A DNA stretch of 62,733 nucleotides, filler included, from Rhabdomonas costata (Eukaryota), in the NCBI GenBank assembly GCA_019059605.1. It is 36 parts of 36 records of this genome, joined end to end, with 100 filler letters (N's around TTAATTAATTAA, not from the genome) between each part and the next. Parts side by side here need not be neighbours in the genome. Positions count along the whole stretch, not along the records: positions 24,468 to 26,112 come from JAHMHO010011392.1; positions 26,213 to 27,857 come from JAHMHO010011393.1; positions 27,958 to 29,601 come from JAHMHO010011394.1; positions 29,702 to 31,345 come from JAHMHO010011395.1; positions 31,446 to 33,087 come from JAHMHO010011396.1; positions 33,188 to 34,831 come from JAHMHO010011397.1; positions 34,932 to 36,576 come from JAHMHO010011398.1; positions 36,677 to 38,320 come from JAHMHO010011399.1; 28 more parts are not named here. One strand, 5' to 3'. Position numbers and translations under genes: made by a program. Below, piece after piece: positions 24,918-38,732 of the stretch; the stretch's first letter is position 1, and every line of letters begins with the position of its first letter. The notes under the pieces are model-generated. The model searched no databases, was not told the DNA's origin, and saw only the letters and a list, made by a program, of their open reading frames with translations.

Positions 24918-26112
24918 ATTTTTCGGGTTTCATCTTCTTCGAGGAAGGCGGTGAGGTTTCATCCTTTCCAGGGCCATCCCCGTCGTGCCGCTTGCGCTTC
25001 TGGCCAACTCCGCCTGCTTCTGCCGCAAAATGAGCAACCACAAATCCACAAATGCGTATTGTCAGCGAACGAATCATCAATAGAAGAGTAAAACGCAACC
25101 CAAGGGAATGTGAGTGATTAATTTCCAGCAGCTTTTGCAGAGCGTATCCTACCGCCCCCTCCTCTCTTCCTCGAGGATCAATAGACTGCGCAGGTTTTGA
25201 GCAGATCGGAATCCCATCATTGGTGTTCGAGTGTGTCAAAGACCACGCGCCACATGCATCAAACCCTCCTGGTCGATACGCGCACCCCACCCGCGTGAAA
25301 TCCGCAGAGAGCAGTGCAAGACATTGCAAACCATCGGCCAGAGCCTCAGCGAGCTTCACCTCCTCAGGGTCCTGCACACAGCAAGATGGTACCTTCACGG
25401 AGATGGGCACAACGCACAGTCCACGAGTATGCCCTAAAAGCAGCTCAACTTTGACGGGTTTTGTAAATGGATGCGCCTGTGCTTCAGGTGGATAAGCTGC
25501 TTCTCGTCCTCAAAAATATCAAAGCCAAATGTGATGACGATGATTCCGGGGCGCATCAGCGGCACCGGGGTCCAAATGCAGACGAGAAAGCAGGTGCCAA
25601 CATCTGGTAGATCCTGGGGGCGTGCCCACTAAGGTGAATTCATTCAGCATGATTAGCATAGCATTATGAAGATCTGCTCTGATTTCACTCAGACGCATCC
25701 ATCCCCATATTCCGCCGCTACGCTACCGGGTAGAGGTACTGCAGGAGCTCTTTCGCCAAAGGATTGCTGCTGTGCACGAACAGCAGCTCTGGCCCCACGG
25801 AGTTCCTCTTTGTCTCCTCTGGGGTAAGCTTCTGAAAGAGAATACAACATACGTCTCCCACCTCATCCCAAAATAGTGACAAGATTGCGAAGAAGAAGAA
25901 ACGATGCCCGCAATATCTCAACTTGCCCCCAAAACTTGGGATCCACGGTTTCGCCTGGTCCATCCTGTATGAGTTGGCCAAGGTGGGGATTACCTTTCGT
26001 TCTCGACTTAAGAAAAGCACGAGGGCTGAAAAAATACAGCCGCACCTCCTCCAGAGGCTTCACTGTGGCAAGCAGCATGGCCTCATCCACCCAAGGAAGG
26101 ATTACAACCCCC
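24918..26112 (-). CDS. XRN2: 5'-3' exoribonuclease XRN2/Rat1 family, internal fragment, 4 exons
   Basis: Exons ~26110-26046, 25831-25727, 25371-25332 and 25019-~24918 give GVVILPWVDEAMLLATVKPLEE|KLTPEETKRNSVGPELLFVHSSNPLAKELLQYLYP|DPEEVKLAEALAD|EAGGVGQKRKRH...KKMK. This matches XRN LPF(V/I)DE..L....LTPEE..RNS.G...LF and includes an NLS-like insertion. XRN1 is not fully excluded. Confidence 0.78.
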
Positions 26113-26212
26113 NNNNNNNNNNNNNNNNNNNNNNNNNNNNNNNNNNNNNNNNNNNNTTAATTAATTAANNNNNNNNNNNNNNNNNNNNNNNNNNNNNNNN
26201 NNNNNNNNNNNN

Positions 26213-27857
26213 GGGGTTGGGGGATGATCTGGAAATCCTACCAACTCGAATATTTACTCAGCAACTCTGCCTCATCTGGATTCCACTTGATCATCAACTT
26301 ACCTGGCTCCATCGTCCGCACTTACGACTTCAGTCTCTGCACCTCCTGTCCGTACGTCGTACCCGTCTCTCGAGGACTGTACCTCAATTGGTGAATGTTG
26401 TTCTCAGCATACCAGCAACAACTCCGATCCACCTCGTTAATCACTCTGGACGTGTCATCAAACTCGGGTTTGTATAGGTAATGTTTCGGGCAGATCAGGG
26501 GATGCACGTCATAGACGGCAAAGTAAAAGTTATCTCATTCTGGAACTATGTACCCCACGCTAACTCTCTCGGTAAATACACTGTCAAACGCGGCTTCTTC
26601 CCCCTCATATGAAAATCTGCAAGAGAAACAAACTGCTAGGTCCGCCATTGCCTGGGGTTACTGAAGTTGCTCCAACACCAAAAAGGGGGCGAGTCCCAAT
26701 TCGCACACAGATAATTCAAAGTACTCCCTGCGTACACCTCTCCTCTTCCTTTTATCCACGTAACGGCCTGATCATCATGAACTCTGGATTCAACCGTCTC
26801 ACTCGAGTATTCTATGGATTGTCTAACACTGGGTATTTACAGAACCACATCACCATGTCTGCCTTTTCTTCCATTCTTTCTCTTCTACCCTATTACGAAA
26901 ACTTTGGATCTTGGGGTTCTCCCACTTACTCCGGTCTGTGTAATTCTCTTCATGAACCACACCTGCTGCGTACTGGAACGTAATCTTAGTGTCCACTTCT
27001 GACTAGCCATTTGAATTTGTATCGTCATACAGAACACTCAACTTCTTGTGGGCATTCAACATCGCCTCCATTGAAACTAGCCCTGTAACAACCCAAGACT
27101 CGAAGACATACTCTCTCATCCACCGTACCAACTTCCGGCAGTCTTGGCGAAGTGACAACTGGTCATAAAACCCTCTCTCCCGCAACCTCTGGAATGCTAA
27201 CAGAGACATCTCCTTGTAATCTGCCCTCTTGCAATTGGCATAGGCTGAGGACTTCTGCTTTTCTCTCTCAAATGCCTCCCGCACCTTCTTCCAAATCTCC
27301 TTCATTCTCTTGACCTTGTACCTCACTGGGGCTCTCGCTGCTCCTGGACCTGGCTCTGCGGTCTCTGGCAGATCCAACCGAAACAAAAAAGGGATGATAC
27401 CCGTAGTTGAGGTAGAATGGACTGTACTCCGTGTTTGCGATGGGTGAACTGTTTATCGCAGCTCCAACAACACCAAAAAATCCATCCAACCTGTGCCCGG
27501 ATGCGAATACATCAGCGTGGTCATCACCTGCTTTATGGTCTGATTGGTACGCTCTCCTTGTCCGTTGATCTGTGGATGGTACGGCGATGATCTTCTGCTC
27601 TGTCCAAGAAAGCTATCAAATCTCTCCATAACAACAACATGAAGATCAGATCGGATATCTTTCACTCACTATACTCCTCGGCAACCCATGATGTCTGACC
27701 ACTTCCCACCAAAACAACTCCGCAATGTCCTGGGCATTCATCTCATTGTGGCATGGTATCGAAACCACCATCTTGGTTGCCCGATCCGTGACCGTCAACA
27801 CCTCGTTCACCTCCAAGCCTTTACCAGAAAACTTCCACGGAACTGGCTGTATGGAAA
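26213..27857 (-). mobile_element. Degenerate Ty3/Gypsy LTR-retrotransposon integrase region
   Basis: Frameshifted minus-strand pieces read VLTVTDRATKMVV.IPC...AQDIAELF...VVRHHGLPRSIVS, SSPYHPQINGQGERTNQTIKQ and NSS....TEYSPFYLNYGYHP, which are the rve integrase core and downstream motifs. Weak post-integrase or chromodomain-like remnants lie near 26230-26520. Confidence 0.88.
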
Positions 27858-28554
27858 NNNNNNNNNNNNNNNNNNNNNNNNNNNNNNNNNNNNNNNNNNN
27901 NTTAATTAATTAANNNNNNNNNNNNNNNNNNNNNNNNNNNNNNNNNNNNNNNNNNNNTGTTGGGGGTATGTCACAGGTTTTATCTCCGTTGTGTGCAACG
28001 GAGATAAAACTCGCCTGCTGCGGGAAAGGCCGGTCCGGTCGAACTTTCAAATGAGTAAGACACTTTAGGGGCAAAGGGTCAGTGCACAGCTGTTTGTAAC
28101 CATGGTTTCGATCATGCCCGCCAACCCGGCATGCATACAACTAAATTGTATCAAGAGATTGCTAGATCACGGCTAAAAGAAGCGACAACTGAGATAACCC
28201 TTTTTGACATCGGAGCGGACTGAATTCCAGGTAGACCTCCTATAGTGACCTTTTTTCTTTGTTACGGATGCTTCTTTTGGTTTGGACCATTGCACCTTCG
28301 TGGTTCATCACGGCGATTAAGGCACGTGCTTCTGAAAGTTGCAGAGGCCATCTCCCTTAAGCTCCGCCCTTAAGCTCTGGCAACAACAAAAGAATGAAAA
28401 AAGCGCGGGAGAAGGTGCCACCCTCAATGGGTTAGCCATTTCGAAAAAAAATTCAGGGGCCAGGAATTCAGGAGTAAGGAGGCACCTGCATGAGATCGAT
28501 TGAATGAGTAGCGAAAGAGTAAGTATGGGTGCGTGTATGTTTCTGGGTCCGTAC

Positions 28555-29321
28555 CTACGGCGGTGACAAGCTCGTGAGCCATCTTGATGATGTTGCCACC
28601 CTGGTGGGTCACCACCCCGCCCATCTCCATGCTGTACCACCGCGAGCCCTTCCGCATGACGTACCCGTAGAAGCTATTCAGGATGCACTTGTGCGCGAGC
28701 TGCAGGGACTCGTACAGCACGCACCTGCTCTGCGCCTCGCGGAGGGAGTACTCACCCTAAAAGCAGCAAATTAAAAGCAGGCAAGCCGAAAATGTTTTCG
28801 AGGGGTTTCCGCGAGAGCTGTAAAAAGAAACGCACTGGAGTGAGCCCAGCGAGCCCAGACAGCACCATGTAGACAAGATGGCTGCCGACGCAGCAACTCG
28901 GCATTGGTTGCGGTGTTCCGATGGACCTGGTTATGAACAGGTGTGGTCGACATAGTCCAAAGAGTATTTTGGTCCTGCGGCTGGCACCTCTCAGAAGTCA
29001 CCCTTTAGGCCCTTCGTGAGTGGAGATCCTCACAACCCATAGCCCTGACTCCATTCACCCGTCTATAGACGGGGAATTGGGAAAGAGAGAAATAGCGTGC
29101 GTACGATGAAGAGCTCGAGACCGAGAGAAAACAGAGAAGAAGGGAACGGGAAGAAGCGGGACCTTCCCCTGGGCAGCCAGGTCGGCCTCGCGTTTCCACT
29201 TCTTAGTGAGATCCTTGTAGACGTACCGGCGGTCACGGAACGCCCGCACGGTGTCCACGAAGAACGGGTTCTCCCGCTGGCACACCATCGCGTGATGCAC
29301 CTCCTCCTTCACGGAGTAGAT
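28555..29321 (-). CDS. POLE: DNA polymerase epsilon catalytic subunit, internal fragment, 2 exons
   Basis: Exons 29321-29163 and 28756-28555 (GT-AG) give [21 protein letters not shown]...|...[36 protein letters not shown], which are Pol epsilon signature motifs. Confidence 0.97.
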
Positions 29322-31927
29322 CTGGGCGAGATCACAGGCAGAGTAAGTGGAACAATCACCAGAGGCGGGTGCTGAAAACCCATCATCGTCAGCGGCTTCC
29401 GCCGAATTCTCGGGACCTCCCTCATTCCCTCTTCCAACCCCGCGTGTCCGTGTGCTTATCAATGACAGGGTGAATCACGTCACCCAACCAAGACATTTCA
29501 GCGGGGCTTCAGCTGCAAGTTCGAATTTCGAATGTTGACCGCAAACAAACCCACAAAATATGTCAGTGTTTCCTTCCCAACGCAGGAGTCACAACCCCCA
29601 CNNNNNNNNNNNNNNNNNNNNNNNNNNNNNNNNNNNNNNNNNNNNTTAATTAATTAANNNNNNNNNNNNNNNNNNNNNNNNNNNNNNNNNNNNNNNNNNN
29701 NGGGGTTGGTGGGTTCAAAAATGACAGCCGTGGCAATTTGGGAAACTGTTGTTTGCAATCTCCTGCATTGGTTTGCACTTCATAAAAGGGTCCTTTCTTC
29801 CCCACTTGAGGCATTGCGGTAGTTTGGGACATCTTTTTTTTGGGGGGGGGGGGTAATGGGTACGGCGTCGCTGTGCCGTCATAGGCAAAACCTGAAATTG
29901 CTTTTGTCCCTTTTATTCGTCTCTGGCTACGTCCCACTGGCTAAAACTGTTCCTAGCTGGGCTTCAGCGGACGAATGTGATAGGCCTACAGGTCTGTTTT
30001 AAGGGCAGAGGCCAGCGCCGAAGCGAGGCGGGGCGATGCCTCCGGGGCGGGGATTTGGGTCTAACGTGACAGTACACCACAAAGGCATGCAAGCTTTTGA
30101 GAAACTTGGGGAAGCGGAGCCCTCAAGAATGGTTTCACTTTTTCCGTATAACAATGATATACTGTATAACTTGGGGATACCGTTCAACACCAGGAATTTG
30201 GAGCATCCAGGGGAAGAGGTCACGCCCACGAGCCCTTCACAACCACTTACGAAAGTCTGCAGCCCTGCCGCCGCCCATAAACACGGTGATACTCACAAAT
30301 GCGGTTCAGACCACCTGCGCTGGGCGTAGCGAGGTTGTGGAGAACAAGGGTAAGGTCTGGGCTGTCAGGCAAGCGACCCCAGCTCAGCTCCAGCTCGTTT
30401 GTGGGGCAGACATCGGCAGTTTTGCTGACCTGAAAGAGGATTCCCGGAATCAAGCCCACAGGAAGTTGCGAGAGTTTCATGTTTTCCAAATAAACAGTGT
30501 CGCTGGCAACATACAACCACTAAAACTGGGACGGGACATATGAGCTCAGATGCGTCCAAGATGAATTTGAGCTTGGCTCACCAAAAAACACGCACGCACA
30601 CATACAAAAAGCCTGTGTGCTTTCAAACCAAAAAAAATCAAAAACACGGCAGGTTTTTCCACGTAAGTATGAAAGGTCCTGAAGTGGGTAAATTAATCGC
30701 TCTGCTACCACATCGTTAAACGCTTAGAAATTTTGATTTCTGACTGTAATCCGGATAACCGTGTCCATGACGATAAATCCTTATGGAGGAGAACACTGTA
30801 GAGCGCTTCAAAAGCACAAACGCCCCAAAAGAGCAAAGTTTGCGGAAAGCAATCAAAGCAAAACATTGCCTTCAGAAAGGGTCCTTCACAACCAGTGGGC
30901 ACGGACAGCGCGCTCCCGATAATTTGGGCAGACGAATGGGGTTCCTCATTCACGGGAGCCTCATTCACAGGAGCTAAGGGAAAAAGCAGCAATCAGCAAT
31001 AACCAATTCAACCCCGAAGTAAACCGCTGGGCACTCTGTGTGCATGATAGCCGATAGTTGAGGCTGACTTTCACAATATCGGCGTTGCAGCATTTCAGAC
31101 AAAGAAAAGTAAAGACCATCCAAGCGCGTGGGATTCACGCGTGAGGAAGAAACAAAGGCAACCCTCCATTTCAGCCAAGTCCACCTCCATGGTGTCGTAT
31201 ATGTCCTTAATCTGTGCGAAAGAAGCATGGAACCGAAACGAGCATAAAAACTTGCAAGAAGGAAGCATCCTGCAGAAGCGACATGCATACACCCAGAACA
31301 TAGCAGTGGCGGATGGGATGTCTCCATTAGGTCCCCCCCAAAAAANNNNNNNNNNNNNNNNNNNNNNNNNNNNNNNNNNNNNNNNNNNNTTAATTAATTA
31401 ANNNNNNNNNNNNNNNNNNNNNNNNNNNNNNNNNNNNNNNNNNNNCCCGAAGAGCGGCAGGGGGGGGGGGCGCAAAAAAACCCGCTTAACTCTAATTTTT
31501 ACACTACACGCTCTTCACTCTACCGCACTCTACCCGTGCGCACCGGGACTGCTGCCCAGTTATAAAGCTGCGTGGCGAACGTTTCACACTGGAACGAAAT
31601 ACCGTAAGCACCTGAGCTCTTCGCGGCTGAGGGCATCCTCCACAAAAGGGGGACTTGCGTTGCCCTGTAACCCCTGCAAGGCCTTACGATGGGTAGCTAT
31701 CAACGTACGAGATATCCTGTGGGGGGAGGGGGCGTAGTGTAGTACTATCCGTCCTTTCTGGTGAAGCACCAGAGTCCACTGCGACACCGAAGGGAAAGGT
31801 TTTCGTGGACGGCGTCGTGCGAAATTTCTCTCCCTCCGTATGCATCGGCACCGCTAGCCTCTCTGAGTTTTTTTTCCTTTTTGGGTGTTTCTTTTTTTGT
31901 GTCTTATGTGTACCTGCATGGCGCCAG

Positions 31928-32127
31928 GCAACTATGTGGTGGGGATCTCGGTGTCGCTGTTCCTGGCCTTCTTTACCTCCATGGAACTTCCCGTGGTGTG
32001 GGGTGGGCTGACCTTGGAATACGCCACTATGACCTTCTTGTACCTCGTAGCGGTGTGGTGGATGGACTGGCCCAAGGCCAGCCAGATGGCCTGCGCCAAG
32101 GCCTTGGCCGGTGCCAGCCTGACCAAG
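31928..32127 (+). CDS. MATE-family transporter C-terminal exon
   Basis: An AG..GT-bounded exon reads GNYVVGISVSLFLAFFTSMELPVVWGGLTLEYATMTFLYLVAVWWMDWPKASQMA, like the MATE C-terminus Y.VG.P....LAF...G..G.W.G......DW...A. Some conserved Gly/Pro residues are replaced, so it may be a decaying copy. Confidence 0.62.
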
Positions 32128-33220
32128 GTCGCCACACGCCTTGTCGCCCTCTCTTTTCGTTTTACCTGTAGTGTGTCGTAGTGACCCAGCAACGCTTTCA
32201 CCCTCAGTTACTGGCTTCCTGTACAGTTACGTAGAATTCCATTTGATAACGTTTGGCCCCCTCCACTCAACCTAGTCTTATCGGAGGCTGGTTTACGTCA
32301 CAGTCTGACCTCCAACAGCAGGTCTTTCCCACTCAACTCCACGGGGTTTGCACCACGGCATGAGTGATTGAGTCCACGGATGTGGGGCCATGACCGATCC
32401 ATCTTGCGGGCATGTGCCCATGAGTTTGACCAGGGTTCGGTCTCAGGATCCTACTCCTGCACCAAGTGTCCGTCCTCACTGTCAACCACTGGCTCCATTT
32501 CCACCGGTCACCTCAACCACGACGGCCAGTGACATCTGGCGGCGGTGGTCTGAGGCGTCGCGTCATTACCGGTGCTCTCATTCACCGCCATAGTTGCATC
32601 ACAGGAATCATCCACGGCATCGTCTATGTCATGTGTGTGGTCAAGTGTTTCCTCTGCAGTGGGTTTCGAAATACAGCAGGTTGACCGTGCACATTACCTA
32701 ATAGTTATAATGCTCATAATGGATATATTTCCCCATATGACCGGTCGTGCATAGCCGTCCCGTTCGGTGAAACGGTGCTAACTGCTGCATTCCCCGCGCG
32801 ATCGACGTGTTTTTCTCAGCACGCGGAGGACTTGGCCTCACTTTGTTGCGGAGCACGATACATGCGAATGGGACTGTAGCGGCGTAGCCGTACGCAGCCA
32901 TGCTGTTCTTAATTTCGTAGGCGCCTTGGAGGATGTCCGAAGCTAGGATTCCGAGTGCTGAAGCCAAGAGATGCAAGAGTCAGGAGAAACCATCACGGCA
33001 ATCACCATGTCAACAGTGACACCAAGTCCATAGCAACCAGAAGCCAACACAGCCTTCTGTTGCCCTCCTGCCGCTGCCACACACCACNNNNNNNNNNNNN
33101 NNNNNNNNNNNNNNNNNNNNNNNNNNNNNNNTTAATTAATTAANNNNNNNNNNNNNNNNNNNNNNNNNNNNNNNNNNNNNNNNNNNNGGTGTGTGTTCTC
33201 CCCTTCCCCCAACCGTGCAG

Positions 33221-33342
33221 ATGTGCTTGGGAAGCAGCTGCATGGGCTGCGGAAGATGCGTCAGCTGATTAGCTATGCTTTGGACGCGGAGGACTACCGC
33301 GCCACCAGTGGGGGAGGCGACAGCAGGCCCAGCACGTCTTAG
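33221..33342 (+). CDS. Probable terminal exon of an unknown gene
   Basis: A CAG acceptor is followed by VLGKQLHGLRKMRQLISYALDAEDYRATSGGGDSRPSTS-stop. Confidence 0.3.
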
Positions 33343-36300
33343 ATGCAGCGTGTGCTTTTGTACCTGTCCATATGTGTAAACCCGACGTCCAGTTCCTGTT
33401 TTCTTGGTGTGACACTCTCGTGCATGTGGTGCGATTCAAATTTTATGGGGCAGCCTCAGGAACTGGCCGCTAGCGTCTTTCTTTTTTGTATTGGTTCTTT
33501 TTCGAACCGCGCCCCTGCCCAGCGTCGAAAAGAAAGATCATGAAATTTTGCAGATTTTCTTGGTGTAGTGTATCTGCTCTCATCCCGTAATGTTGTTGTC
33601 ATTGTTGCGTTTTCACAGCACATTGATTATGCTCGTGTTTTGCGACCAGGATACTGCTACTGGCAGCACGGGACGTTGGGCGACCGATAAATTGCTCCAG
33701 AAAGCGGACATCGGCAATGTTTGGGATGTTTTTTTGGTTTGGAATTGGGGTGGTCCTAGGATGCTGGTGGCACTGAAAGGTAGCCAACTGTTCTCTTGGC
33801 GCTTCCTTCATCTCAAAGCTCATTGAACCAGAGCAGCTTTTTGGTGCAGCTTTCTTTAATATCTGGTCGGTAGCCCCCTTTGATGGCTGACGAGGCGCAC
33901 GTGCATGCCCTTTTGGAGGCCACGGACAGCATCGAAGATGTTCGCTCGCGGTACAAACCTTTCATCTTATCTCTTCCCCTGTGTAACCTGAGTGTTGTAC
34001 TTTAGACGCTCCCTGGTCTGCGGAGATCCCAATGGAGAATTTTTCTTGTCTTGCCGCGTGGCTCTGCCCGAAACAGCAGAGAGGAGGATAAAGACAAACA
34101 CAGAGAGAAGAGAAAGTAGACGAGGGTGAAAGGGTTGAGATTTGGGCTGACCAGCTGATTGATCTTATCAACTACTCACCACCTCCTCCAGCTTTGGGCG
34201 CTCTTCATCGGTTCTTTGCAGTGTGGGGCTTAAGGGCGGGTTTTCGTGAGGCCCTTCTCACTTGAATCGAGTCGAGTTCCGCTCGTTAAGATTCTAAGAT
34301 TCTAAGACGAATGCGACGCGTGGGGGTTAGGGAAGTGAGAAAGGAGGGAAGAGAAATGGACACAGAGAGAAAGGAGCAGCACAAACCATTGCTTCCCCAT
34401 TGGAGGAGTCAGCCTGCACTCCGGTAGAGTCTTGCATTTTGGACACGGATGGGCGCAAACCCACAACGGGACGCGCAAACAAACCCACGCAGAAGACACA
34501 CAGGGGCTGAAAGTGAGAAAAAAATAGAGCACACCCCTAAACCAACCAATCAGCCGCTCTGAAGCTCTGAACGTGTGGCAAGCATAGCGATAGCTGATTT
34601 AAAATTCAGAACGGGCCTGCCGGTTGGCAGATTGGCGCCTTTCCCTGTTAGAAACATCTCTTCGGGAGCGGGATTGGGGGAGGGGCAATAATCAGCTGAA
34701 ATCATGATAACGAAAGAAGGTCGAGCAGGGATGTTCTTTTACACACTGGAACATCAGACATTGAAAAATCGTGCGGGCAAGAAAAAACCTAGAATGCTAA
34801 AGCAAGAGTAGGAATTATTTGCACCACCCCCNNNNNNNNNNNNNNNNNNNNNNNNNNNNNNNNNNNNNNNNNNNNTTAATTAATTAANNNNNNNNNNNNN
34901 NNNNNNNNNNNNNNNNNNNNNNNNNNNNNNNCTCCAGCGCCACCACAGTGTCCAAAGGATCACAGGGGTCAGGCCGGCGCACAGAGGGACTGGAGTGCGG
35001 GGACACCTGATGCTGCTGGGGCTTGGAAACCATTTTTCTCCGATGATCCTCCCAAAAAAAATCAAAGAAGTGAATAATCTAGGGAGGGGACATCGCTGCC
35101 CAACAACACCCCGACAAGCGGTTAACTCTGACCGGAACGTGGCTTCAACTTTAACGAACAACACATTGTTGCGGTTCAACAGTGACAGGACGCTGTCACT
35201 ATGACATATTAAATCGAAGGCCGAACTCTCTCGCCCTCACCCATGGTGGTGGTGGCGGTGGGGATCGGATTGTTATCACCTTGTCACACCTTACCTATCA
35301 AGAATTACCCGAACCACCGAGAAAAAAGGTGCCAAGAAAACAGCATCATAAAAAACGCTAACCCAAAGATATACGAAAGCAAATCGCCGGGTCAAAGTGG
35401 CAAACCTTACACCTTTTTGGGGTGGCAAAAAAAAACGATTTACAAGACAGCCACAACAGGTGCGTTAAACGTTAAACGCCAATCTGACAGCTGCCCACGA
35501 TCCTACGCAGAATCAACCTTTTATTCCCCACGGCCAGCTGGGTGGTGGACATTTTGGGAGGCAGAAAAACGGTCCCCACTGCCTGAGGCGGAGGTCGCGC
35601 CGGGCCCCGAGACAGGCCCTCCGGAGTCAACCTGGGGAACGTGCCCGAGCTGCGGGCTGGGGAGGCGGCGTAGTTCGGAGACGAGACTGGTCTGCCATGG
35701 GAGGAATACCCACCTGAGCGGCAAAGAGGGGACAAGAACAGATTGAATCCACCTTTTAGAATCGCTCACAAGCAACCTTTGGGAGACAGGTGTGCTCCGA
35801 GGGGGCCAGAAGTGCATATGCTCTTGCCCCGACCTGCCCCCGCTTGAAGCGCACAGTGTTGGCAGAAATTGAAAAGATGGAGTTTACATGACTCTTATAC
35901 CGCCCATTTGATTCGTGTCGCTCGAATTAACTCTTCAAATACGAATGTCGAATTTCCTATTCCCTGAAATAAATATAAACTACTGCAAATACAGGTCTCA
36001 CCTCGCACACCTCGCGGGAAGGGGGTCGTGACTCCTGAGGGAGGGGATGCAGTATGATGACAATTGCCGGAAAATCACAGGAATGGCGGGGAAAGCAAAC
36101 ACGGGGGGTCTCCCCCCCTCACACACACACACACACACACACCACTTGGCAAGGATGAGTTTTTTCTGGGGAGGACTCGAGTTCCACTTCCCCCCTGGGC
36201 TCCCACTTTTCGATGGGGCATGGGCCCATCGGGCCTCACACCCTTGTCGGCCCATGGTACCTTGTGCCGCTGTCTTGTCACGTAGGGTTGGTTTACCCCA

Positions 36301-37549
36301 TGTGACCCCAATCCAAAGTGTACGAGGGGCCTTGGGAACCCCGATTGGCGCGTTTAGAGATCTCGTGTGGGTACCCAACCTTCCGCGCTCGTACACTTCC
36401 CTTTGGGTGCTATTGCCCTTGTGGATTTGGGTCCTCCATCCCACTCCGGGCTTAGACCCGCTTTCCTGGCGAACGGGTATGGTAACCTTACTCTGTCCCT
36501 GCTGCCATCTGGACCTCGCTTCTCTCCACTCTCCACTTCTCCAGATTACACACACACACACACACACACACACCCCNNNNNNNNNNNNNNNNNNNNNNNN
36601 NNNNNNNNNNNNNNNNNNNNTTAATTAATTAANNNNNNNNNNNNNNNNNNNNNNNNNNNNNNNNNNNNNNNNNNNNTTTTGTTTTCTCACTTGCTGACGG
36701 CACCTCGAGCCGAAGGGCAAGGAACGGAGAAAAATCGCCTCGGTGGGAAGTTTGCGGCTCTGCGGGGTGAGGTGTGCGGTGGGTGATTGCTCACCTTGCC
36801 CAATGCCGTCCCTGCACCTGTGGAAATGGACCGGACCACATTCGTTACCAAAGAAAGCGTCGATGGTGCCTGTTGTTTTCAGAAGTGTCTCCTCGGGTGA
36901 GTTGCTGGAATGTGGTTCGACGAGCTGTGCAATCAGAGGACATTCATTGCCCGGGGTGATGTTTTCCGTTTTTCCTAGAATACCTGCATCGTTGATGTAA
37001 CGTATGCAGCGGAGTGTGGTCCGGTCGATCCCTGACCAGGACCACAGAAAGGTTTTTTTAATTTTGGTGATTACCATAGTCGTTGGCCTTGAAATCAGAC
37101 GCATCGTCTCTGGGTTACGCCGTGAGGCGTGACATCAGGACTGGAGAGGTCGTTTCCAATCACGTGAGGCACTTTTAATCCTCTGCCTCGTGCAAAAGCC
37201 ACAACGCCACACACGAGGCCGGACGTTCTCACCAACTTTGCCACGTTCCCACTTGACACAAACAATATATTCGTTGCAACGGAAGTGGCTTTCCCATCTC
37301 TACACACGCACCCCGCTGAAATTCATTCGGCTGGATTTCAGACTTTTCAGACCGCCTGTTGAAACGAGCACCGAATTCACGCGTCGAAACAGAGCTGACT
37401 CAGCTGCTTTTGTTTCATTTTTGTTTCTTCTTTTCTCAGTGCAGGCCAGCTAAAGAGGGCAGGCGCGACCTTTGTTCTGTTTTCTCCCCTTCCCGCGGCG
37501 CCGACCCAGGACCTTTTTCCGTCTGTGTTTTCCCGTCGTTCCGGAAAAA

Positions 37550-37732
37550 ATGATCCTTGCAGCTCCCGAGACGGGTCTGCTTTTGCGGCTGCTCGTGGCG
37601 TGGTATGGGTACCAAACGTACCTCAGCGTGGAGAACGGGGAAAGCCGGTTCAACAGCAATTGGCTGGTGTTCTGGATGGTCTTTGCGGCGTTTCAGCTGG
37701 TGGAGTTTCTGCCAGACCTCCTGCTGGGCTGG
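37550..37732 (+). CDS. TB2/DP1/HVA22 (REEP/Yop1) family protein, first exon
   Basis: ATG at 37550, reading MILAAPETGLLLRLLVAWYGYQTYLSVENGESRFNSNWLVFWMVFAAFQLVEFLPDLLLGW then GT. It matches Y.(S/T)Y..(I/V)E......WL.(Y/F)W..(F/Y)A.F...E...D....W. Confidence 0.85.
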
Positions 37733-38732
37733 GTGTGCGTGCGTGGTCTGGCGGGGCGTGGAAGATGGTGATGGGATTGATCGTGCCTATTTTTTGTGGG
37801 GGGCGCGGGGGTATGGGAAAATGTCATTATTTTGAGAAGAGTTGAGTGAAATAGTTTTCTTTTTAGCGTAAGAGGATTGTAAATTATTACTTTTTTTCAA
37901 AGTAAGATGACTACCTGGCACAAGTTCAGCAGTGAACCTTTTTTTCTTTGAAGCTCCTTTTGTATTCATGTTGACATTTTGTGATGTCCTGGACCTCTGC
38001 AGTGACGAAACAAAGCTCGAGAGTGGCTAACAGGTTATGGGGTTCTCCGAGAGCCCCCTTCTCAGTGCTCGAAATGTGGCTTCGAGCTGAAGGCCAGTGT
38101 GTACAGGGGCAAGCCTGGGCTGGTGTGTACTGACCAGAAGTGCGTCTTAGAGTGCCCGCTGTTATACATGGATTAGGTACACTCTGGCAAGCTCCCCCTA
38201 GGTTCTTTTAAAAGCAAGGAGTTAGGTATACTTTGCGAAGTTCCTGGACTGTTTTTCGATCTTGGGTAGCGGAGCGCAGCGAAGGGCAGTCCAGGAACTT
38301 CGCAAAGTATACCAAACAAANNNNNNNNNNNNNNNNNNNNNNNNNNNNNNNNNNNNNNNNNNNNTTAATTAATTAANNNNNNNNNNNNNNNNNNNNNNNN
38401 NNNNNNNNNNNNNNNNNNNNTTTGTTGTTGAACAGTGAGAACAGTGAGTGCAGGTTTGAGTGTGTTAGTGAGTGATTGTGGGGTTGGGCGGAGGTCCTGA
38501 TGCCGCCTGGGATCATCTATTTCTGACCCCGGAGCCGTAATCGTGATTCCGGGGTTACCGGGCAACACACACTTGACAAGCAAACAAAACAAACACACAA
38601 TCACTCACTAACACACTCAAACATGCACTCACTGTTCTCACTGTTCAAACACAAACCGGAGTAGGCTTTGGAGAGGTTGTTCTGCAAGACGTGGCTCTGG
38701 AAGGCCATGATCTCATCGCGGAGCTCCCCAGG

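Noticed and set aside
30036-30543. Two overlapping plus-strand ORFs suggesting a frameshifted gene
   Set aside because: No recognisable motif or clear splice boundaries, so a call cannot be supported.
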